Shown: piece by piece, positions 51,600-64,000 of the stretch
How positions within the stretch are numbered: position 1 is the stretch's first letter
Layout: every line of letters begins with the position of its first letter
Assembly (NCBI RefSeq): GCF_009914755.1
Contig: NC_060945.1
Source of the DNA: the human T2T-CHM13v2.0 reference genome, Homo sapiens
DNA: 64,000 nucleotides
Strand: one strand, 5' to 3'
Made by a program: the position numbers and the translations under genes
Notes under the pieces: model-generated
Databases searched by the model: none
Told to the model about the DNA's origin: nothing
Seen by the model: only the letters and a program-made list of their open reading frames with translations

Positions 51600-53754
51600 A
51601 AAACCTGTTGTACTTTTATTCCAATGTTCAATTTATCGAAAAACTGAATAATATCCCTTTAATTTTAGCCAATATGTTCACACAGATAATTTCTTCTATG
51701 AGATTAAGATTTCACAGACCTTTAACAACTTGCCTAAACCTTCAGCTTTATCCTAATTTAAAACAGTCCTTTAACTCTCTAAACTTAGGCAAGAAATCCA
51801 CATTCCCATGCCTTCTTATAATCTTTTACCAAAAGTACATTCTACTTCCCTCCCACACTTTGAAGGTAAAACTGTTTCTTCAGCAGTCTCAATTACATGT
51901 TACAATGTTAACTCTTTTTTTTTTTTTTTTTTTTTTTTTTGAGATGCAGTCTCGCTCTGTCGCCAGGCTGGAGTGCATACAATGTTAACTCTTAGCAACT
52001 TTTATTTTTGGTGAAAAACCTGGTTAGTAAGTGATTTTAATTATGTACCAAGTGTGGAGCCCAGGACCCAGACAAAATTAGATAAAGGACTCATTCCCTA
52101 AGGCAGGAATTGAACCCTGAACCTGGGCCGCCACTGTGAAAAGAGAAAGCATCACTACATGGTTACAAGGTCAGGCTCCCCAAGACATACAAGACAAGAG
52201 GGAAATCTCATCCAGTTTTGTTTTTAGGGACCTGCAGCAAAATTTATAACTGACCAGTTTGCTGGGCCACCTTGAACAGTCGGCTTACAGGTGTCCTAAG
52301 ACCATGTTCCATCCTATGATACCCCTCTTTATGGCAGAGCAATACAGAAAGACACACAAAGCACACCAGATTCACTATAGCTTAGGACTAGCCTCACAAA
52401 TCCTTTTTTTCCATTAATCTAAACTTTTACGGAGGAGATAAACAATGATTTTTACCGTTCATTCAACCAGTTTGCACACACAGAGAGAGAGAGACAGAAA
52501 CAGACAGAGAGAGGGAGAGGAAGCATTGCTTGAGGCAGGGTGGGGAAGGCCAGGTGCTCAGGGAGACCACAGAAAGACCCACCCATTGCAGTGACACTGA
52601 AAAGTTCAGGCAGCTGCTTGTCAGTAGAAAAGGGATATTTTCCAGTGGTATCATCAGCTCTCGAGTTTCCCCTTTTAGGGAGGAAAAAGCTCCCCATGTC
52701 CCACAATCCTATATGTGCCTAATCCTGTCACCCACAGCCCTCAGCAAAGAGTTCAAGGCAGATTAATCCAAAGAGAATAGCAGTTAACGTCTCATAATAC
52801 CAAACCCATTCTTAGCCAAAAAGGACTTTACTGAAAGGGGCTTCTAACCCCTTAAATCTTAAAAGGGACCCTAACCCTCCTAAGTTGGGCCTTTAACCCA
52901 AGGTAGGTCAGGTGTCCTTGCCTTTTATCAAGAGCGGCCTCTGACCCACTCTGTCTTAGGAGAGACTCTGACTCCCCTAAGTTGGGCCTCTAACCCAATT
53001 CCATCCTTTACCTGGGTACCCCACCACTTACCCAAAGTTGGCCTATCAGTGCTGCACTCTATTTCCTTTGGGTCGGGGGGTTTCTTCAGTATCGTCCCCT
53101 CAGGGTTCACTAGAAAAATGTTACTGGCCCCCACCACTTACCAAAAGTTAGCCTTTGGGTGGGGGTTTTCTGCACTGCAGTCCCTTCAGTGGTCACCAGA
53201 AAGATGCTACAGGAAAGGAGTCCCAATCCAGACCCCAAAAGAGGGTTCTTGGATCTCATGCTAGAAAGAATTCAGGGCGAGTCTTTGGAGTACAGGGAAA
53301 GCAAGTTTATTAGGAGAGTAAAGGAATAAAGAATGGCTACGCCACAGACAGAGTAGTCCCGAGGCTGTTGGTTGCCCATTTTTATGGTTGTTAATGATGA
53401 TATGCTAACAAGAGGTAGATTATTCTTGCCTCCCCTTTTTAGACCATATAGGGTAACTTCCTGACGTTGCCATGGCATTTGTAAACTGTCATGGCGCTTG
53501 TGGGAGTATAGCAGTGAGGACGACCAGAAGTCACTCTCATCACCATCTTGGTTTTCATGGCTCTCAGCCAGCTTCTTTACTGCAACCTGTTTTATCAGCA
53601 AGGTCTTTAAGACCTGTATCTTCTGCCAACCTCCTCTTTCATCCTGTGACTGAGAATGCCTTAACTTGCTGGGAATGCAGCCCAGTAGGTCTTAGCCTCA
53701 TTTTACCAAGCCCTTATTCAAGATGGAGTTGCTCAGGTTCAAACACCTCTGACA
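51600..53754 (-). mobile_element. MER41A LTR (53205-53754) plus 5' internal region (ERV1), 3'-truncated
   Basis: Reverse complement begins tgtcagaggtgtttgaacc. tRNA-Arg-type PBS (rc tggtgaccactgaagggac) at 53180-53198. Confidence 0.88.
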
Positions 53755-57111
<3,357 letters not shown>

Positions 57112-57348
57112 ATATAAAGAATTGAGGCAAAGAGAATTTCATAACTTGCTCAAGATCACAGAGAAATGAGAAACTTAGAATAACTCTCAAGTACTCGGAC
57201 TCCAGACTGGATGCTGTTAACCTCCCCTAGACTCTCATGTCTATATTGCTTTTGGCCTATAACTTTTTCATGTGTGTGCATGAAATTGTGAACTTCTTTT
57301 CAGTGATAGTCTTGTGTTCTTATTTTATTACACTTTTTAGTTCTTCTT

Positions 57349-57438
57349 GAATATGGCTGCACCACTCTGAACACGCCTGATCTTGTCTGATCTCATGAAG
57401 CTAAGCAGGGTCAGGCCTGGTTAGTATTTGGATGGGAG
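57349..57438 (+). pseudogene. 5S rRNA pseudogene, 3'-truncated at about nt 89 (probably RNA5SP490 by position)
   Basis: accactctgaacacgcctgatcttgtctgatctcatgaagctaagcagggtcaggcctggttagtatttggatgggag aligns to 5S rRNA with CpG decay. Confidence 0.92.
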
Positions 57439-57714
57439 GAATAGATCTTGAATTTTATAAATAGCACTCAGACATCTATTTTTATGCTTATTTTTAAATG
57501 TCTTGATAAAATGTTTGACTACTATTACATTCTTGGGAAAAATCTCCCTTTTTTGTGTTACACTTTTAATAATCACTAGATTTTGTTTGCTAAAATGTTA
57601 TTTAGAATTTTTCATGTATTTTTCACTGGACTGTGATTTTTCTTTTTATATAACATCTTTTTTAAGGGTCTTTGTTAATATTACACTCAAGTTTTCTTGT
57701 TTTCTTTGCCCTGA

Positions 57715-58068
<354 letters not shown>

Positions 58069-58504
58069 TTTTCCTTGACATTTTCAAAGAACTATGCATG
58101 TAATATTATAGTGACTGTTCACCCAGCCCCTTGCCCTAAAGCCTGGTAACATGATTAACTCATGATTCCTGGATAAATGCTATGTTCTCATTCCTCCATT
58201 TTTATCTATACGTAAGGCTCTTGGCTTTGAATTTTATTTCTATCTCTTTGTTTGGTTAAGTTCATCTTGGTAAAACATTAGCTCTCCCCGCATTTGTTCT
58301 CAGTTCTATGATGTAGAGTTGATAAACTTTCCCAGTAGGACAGACACATATTTTGCCCAATGTGTGTTCTCTGTAAATGCAGGTGAGGAAGGAGGGGTAA
58401 TTAGAGGAAACAGAATTAGAATCTCTAGGGATTTGAGCCCTTAAACAATTCTACGATAAACTACAATTTATACAATATTTTCTGAGTCATGTAGTTTTGT
58501 GTTG

Positions 58505-61469
58505 GATTGCTTTCGGTCTGGTAGAATTCAGCTGGGAAACCAACTGGTCCAGGGCTTTTTTGGTTGGTAGGTTTTTCATTACTGATTCCATTTCAGAAGT
58601 TGATATTGGTCTATTCACGTTAACAGTCTTTTCCTGATTCAATCTTGGAAAATCGTGTGCTTACAGGAAAGTATCCATTTCCTCTAGATTTTCTAATTTG
58701 TGTGCTTAGAGTTATTCATAATAGTTTCTGAAGGTCTTTTGTATTTCTGTGGGACCAGTTATGATACTGATAAAAAAAAAAACCACCTTTTTCATTTCTG
58801 ATTGTGCTTTCTTGGATCTTCTCTTTCTTTTTCTTTGTTAAACTGGCTAGTGGCCTATCGATTTTATTTTTTTGAAAAACCAAGTCTTGGTTTTATTGAT
58901 CTTTTGTATGGATTTTTACATGTCAATTTCATTAAGTTCTTCTCTAATTTCAGTGGTTTTTCTTCTGCTAGTTTTGGATTTTCTCCTCCCTAGTTCCTTT
59001 CCCTTAGTTGACCTAGTTTCTTCCTTTCCAAAGATAGATTGTTAATTTGAGATTTTTTTAACTTCTTGATGAAGACATTTAGGGCTATAAACTTTCCTCT
59101 TAACACTGCCTTGGCTGCATCCAGAGATTTTGGTAAGTTGTGTCCCTATTTTCATTAATTTCAAACGATTTTTTTGATTTCTGCCTCAATTTTGATGTTG
59201 ACCCAGGAGTTATGCTAGAGTAAGTTAGTTAATTTCATGTATTTGTATAGTTTGAGGCAATCTTGATATTGATTTCTACTATTATTGTACTGTGATTCAA
59301 GAATGTGCTTTGGTATGACTTCAATCATTTTGAATTTATTGAGACTTTTTATGATCAAGCATGTGGTTGATCTTAGAATACATTCTGTGTGCAGACAAGA
59401 AAAATGTATATTTTTTGGTTGTTGGGTGTAGTGTCCTGTAGCTGTCTGAGATCCAGTTGGTCAAGTGTCAAGTTTAAATCCAGAGTTTCATTGTTAACTT
59501 TCTGCCCTGATGATCTAACGCTGTCAGTAGGATGTTCAAGCCTCCCACTAGTATTTTGTGTTTGTCTAAGGTTTTTCGTTGGCCAAGAAGAACTTATTTT
59601 ATGAATCTGGGTGCTCCAATGTTGGGTGCATATATATTTAGAACAGTTAGGGCTTCTTGTTGGATTGTACCCTTTATCATTATGTAATGCCTTTTATTGT
59701 CCTTCTTGATTTTTTATTTAAAGTCTGTTTTATCTGATATAAGTATAGTGACTCCTGCTCTTTTTTCCTCTCAGTTTGCATGGTAGAATTTTCTCCATTC
59801 TTTTACTTTGAGCCTGTGGGTGTTATTATATGTGACATGGATTTCTTGAAGCAAACTGACATTTGGGGCTTGTCTTTTTATCAGGCTTTCCACTCTGTGA
59901 CTTTTAAGTGGGCATTAAGCCCATTTATATTCAAGGTTACTATTGATGGGAATGATTTTAATTTTGTCATTGTGTTGTTAACTGGCTGTTATGTAGACTT
60001 AATTACGCAGTTGCTTTATAGTTCTTGTGGGCTATGGTCTGAAGTGTCTTTTGTGGTAGCAGGCTCTTTCAATTCTATGTTTAGCACTCCCTCACCAGGT
60101 CCCCCTCACCGGGGACCTGAGGATCTGAGGACTCCCTCACCAGGTCCACTTCTGGGGATGTCTTGTAAGTCTGGTCTAGTTTAAATATACTCCCTCAGAA
60201 TTTGCTTTTCTGAGAAGGATTTTATTTCATCTTCATTTAAGAAGCTTGGTTTGGCAGCATATGAAATTCTTGGTTAGAATTTTTTTTCTTCAAGATGCTA
60301 AAAATAGGCCCCCAATCTCTTCTGGCTTATAAGGTTTCTGCCGAAAGGTCTGCTATTAGCCTGATGGGTTCCCTTTGTAAGTTACATTCCCCATCTTTCT
60401 TGCTGCCTTTAAGATGTTTTCTTTTGTGTTCACTTCAGTGAATCTGATGACCACGTGCCTTGGGGATGGATGTCTTGTATAGTATCTGGCTAGGGTCCTC
60501 TATATTTCTTGGATTTGCAGGTCAACCTCTCTAATGAGTTTAGGGAAATTTTCATGGACTATGTCCTCAAATATACTTTCCAAGTTGCTTATTATTTTTC
60601 TTTCTCAAGAATGCCAATGAGTCATAGATTTGGTTTCTTTGCATAATTGCATATTTCTCAGAGGTTTTGTTCATTTTTCTTTATTTTTTCTCTTTATTTT
60701 TGCCTGACTGAGTTGACTTAATTAACTGTCTTCAAGCCCTGAGGTTCTTTTCTCTGCTTGGTCTATTCTGCTGTTAATAGTTCTGCTTGTAGTTTGAAAT
60801 TCTCGTAGCGAATTTTTCAGTTCAAGAAGTTCAATTTTGGGTCTTTCTTAAAACGGCTTCTTAGTCTTTCAACTCTTGAATCATTTTACTGAATTGCTTT
60901 GCATCCTTGGATTGAGTTTCAACTTTCTCTTGGTCTTGATAAGCTTCCTAGCCATCCAGATTCTGAATTCTATGTCTGCCATTTCAGACATTTCAGACTG
61001 ATTAACCATTGCTGGGAACCTAGTGGGCCTGTTTGGAGGTGAGGGGACACTGGCTTTCTGAATTGCCAGAGTTCTTATTCTGATTTTTTTCCCATCTGAG
61101 AAGGCTGGGTTCCTTTAACTGTGATGGTAATCTAGCATAGTCAGTTGGCTTTGTATCCGGAAGTTTTCAGAGGGCTAAGGCTCTGTAAGGGTCTTTGTGG
61201 TTGAATTCTTGCCCTTGGTTTATCAGCAGGGAGAAGTGGCAGAGTGACTTTTTTGTTGTTGTTGTAGTTTGGGCTGCGATCTGGTAGATAGTGCTTGAGA
61301 GCAATGGATGGAAGACGGGCTCTTACTTGGCAGCATGGCTCCTTTGTGTATCCTTGGATTTGCAGCTATGCTCTGTGGTACAAGGGGGAGAGAGGTGACC
61401 CCCTCACCAGGTCCACTCCTGGGGACTGGGGGAGCCATCTCTGATCGCTGGCACTTTGCCAGCAATTCC

Positions 61470-61511
<42 letters not shown>

Positions 61512-62430
61512 ATTTGATGTTTCAGCCTCGGGGCTCCCTTGGACAGAGGTCCAGTAGGGAAATAGGCCACATCTTTACTGGACCTGCCCTGTGGAGGGGA
61601 GGCACATCTAGGTTCTAGGCCAACTTGTGAACCAGTGCAATTCACCCTTCTCAGTTTTCTGGGAGTGTGGGGTCCTCCCCAACTTGAGTGCAGAGCACAG
61701 ATCCTGGCTAGGTAATCCTGAGCCATGGGCCAGGACCCTGGGGTGCCAGGACCTGCTTGCAGCTCCCTTCTCCAGACCCTTGGGACTGGGTCCCAGGTGC
61801 ACTATAGGATCTGAAGGGCTCCCAGGCTTCCAGAATGCACTTAGGTGGCACAAAGCACCCAGGCTGGGCAGTGGAGCTATGCTGTATACAGGCTTCTGCA
61901 GGGTGGCCAGGCAGAAGACTTGGGAGGGGCTGGCAGGCAGGTGGCCTGTGAGACAGATGTGCCCCAGTCCCACAGGGAAGGTGGCCCTGCTTTCTCCCCA
62001 GTGGTTAGCTAGGGCCAGAGACTGTCAAAGGGAGATAGGCAGCCCTTGGTGGGGTTAGGCTCCGCCAAAGCTGTCCCTAGCACAAAGGTTCCTGGCGCCA
62101 TGCCTGTGGCAGCTCTGTCTCTGTCTAATCTCTGAAGACATCCACCTACCAGCTCAAATGTCCGTGGCGCGTGTGAGGTCTCCAGTCTCCAAGTCCCTTC
62201 ACTTACCCTTTCCTCAGACACCGCTGGAGGCCAGGAAGCAGCCTTAGCATTCAGTTACCCGCACGGAGTTTCCAGCTTCCTCCCTCTTCAGCCTCAGGGT
62301 CTGCATCTTTTCTACATCCACATTCAGCATCTTCTTTACAAAGATCTGTTGAAATTATGTTGATTTAGTCAAAATCTCGGCCTCTCTCCATGGGAGCCAC
62401 ACTTCCCAGCAGCATTGAGTTGGCCATCTT
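58505..62430 (-). mobile_element. Old L1 (L1PB/MA-like), 5' UTR-ORF1-ORF2 portion
   Basis: Antisense ORF2/ORF1 motifs, 5' end ggccatctt near 62425, (TTTA)n at 61471-61510. Confidence 0.85.
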
Positions 62431-63489
62431 AAGACCCAGTTGGTGTATAATTTTTAAATATTTAATAGAAACTTTAAAATATTTGAAAAATTAATCTTAC
62501 ATTATCACACTGCCCATTCTGAATTGTCAGCTTCCATGAGTGTAATCATTAGCTTAACTGTCTGTACTATGTATTCTTCAAATTAAAACAAATGACATAG
62601 TTATTTGGAATAATTTTTTATAAAGGTGGACAACACGATGTTTCTGTAGCGTTATTAAATTACTAGTTATCTAGTTATCTAACTTGGACAGCACTTAGCA
62701 AGTTAGATAACTGACTTGATAGTTTGTAAAACTAATCTCATTGACATTTCTTCTAGTCCAGATATTATTTTCTCCGATAAACAACCATTGTTTATAAAAT
62801 CACTGTCAAGGAAAGATTAAAATAGATTTAATGAACTAAAAGAAGTAGAAGGTTTGTTTATTAAGAGGAAGAGTTCAGAGATCTGAGCTCAATACGAGTA
62901 CACATCTTAAATGAAATAAAGGGAATAATGAGAAAGAAAGAAGTCAAATGAATATCTAAACATGTTTCATCAAGGAAAATATAGGAAAAACATTTGCCTA
63001 TATATTCATAAAGGCAAAATGTAAATATCTAATTAAAGTGCAGTTGTAAAGAAGGACAGGCAATACAGCTTTATTAACATACAGCTGCTTTTTACTGGTT
63101 ATCCAACATCCTTGATGAAGATTAGATTTTATCACCCACCATCTCCTCAGGGTCCACCTGCGAGGTGGTGGGTTTTGCAAGTTGACAAACACAACTGAAC
63201 TTTATCTATTATTCACGTTGGGTTTCTATATGAATTTCTGTGAATAAAGTTTTCTATTACTAAATTTTTAATAGTAAAATTGAGAACGTTTTTCTTATTG
63301 CCATTATTTTTTCTTTTCTTTTTATACATTATTTTACAGCATCTTTTAATGCTGTCAATCTATAGAAGATAGAATGTTGTTGTATTTCCTTACAGGTTCT
63401 ACTGACTTTGAAGTGTTCTGAAGTTGAAGGTTATGATTCTTTCTCATTTTGTTTCAAAACAGGGTCCCCATTTCCCTAACGTAGGATTC

Positions 63490-64000
63490 GAGGGCACAAG
63501 CAGAGGAGGAAAGGGGTGTCAAAGTCAGAACCGCCTAGAAGGCAACGAGAAGCAGAAGCGCAGGCCTGCGAGATGCTCATCAGAGTGACTTAGCTGTGGG
63601 CTGCGGAAAGCAACGGAAGGAACTCACATCCACTGGCCGCATTCCGCTCCCCGGAACGGAGGACAGAGCCGAGTTTCTTCAGGCAGTGGCTCCGGCCAAC
63701 TCTGCCCCACAGGTAAGGAGCGCGCAGCTGCCACACACCGCAGGCAGCGCGAACACAGACTCGGCCTTCCTAGGGCGCCGGCGTGTTGAGGGCGCCGCCC
63801 CCGTCGCTGCTGGGAGCTCGGCAGGCCCGTGGCCTTCTGCCTGGTTCTCCCGCCTCTGCAAGCCTCGCCTTCAGGACTCCGCCTCGCCTTCCTCTTTTCT
63901 GTTGGACAGACTCACGGGACCGTCTGCCTGGATGATGTGTGCACATTTCTTACCACGATTCCTCTGCACACCAGGTCCAGGGACTGCCGCGCTAGGGACG
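63490..64000. promoter_or_regulatory. CpG island / promoter-like element (continues past the window edge)
   Basis: Abrupt rise in GC and CpG. ETS cores (cggaa), GC box ccgccccc, 5' splice site CAG|GTAAGG at 63712/63713. Confidence 0.8.

Noticed and set aside
53205-53754. MER41 as an interferon-gamma/STAT1 enhancer
   Set aside because: This copy is MER41A-like and lacks the tandem TTCnnnGAA GAS block of MER41B
57349-57438. Functional 5S rRNA gene
   Set aside because: 3' truncated, CpG-decayed and isolated

Overview
Primate (almost certainly human) genomic DNA. The + strand carries the end of the last intron, the terminal coding exon (9106-9482) and the 3' UTR/poly(A) signal of EVA1C. From recalled gene order this is 21q22.11, running toward TCP10L/CFAP298. 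About 54 kb of repeat-rich intergenic sequence follows, ending in a CpG island (~63490-64000). It contains about 30 Alus, L1/L2/MIR fragments, MaLR solo LTRs, DNA-transposon fossils (MADE1, MER2, MER58, MER3, MER63, piggyBac MER75), a nested ERV1 cluster (MER57/MER41A/MER4A), a 5S rRNA pseudogene and a SNORA33 copy split by an Alu. Most ORFs in the supplied track are repeat artefacts. The most interesting unexplained signal is a chain of about 10 largely phase-compatible, splice-site-flanked + strand exon fossils (38175-63422), which suggests a decayed multi-exon protein gene that I cannot assign to a family. Other notable items are an Alu-in-H/ACA chimera with AluACA-like architecture, a 102-nt pre-miRNA-like hairpin, a TE-interrupted coding-like segment and a templated insertion inside an L1. 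Repeat subfamily names come from remembered consensus sequences and boundaries are approximate.
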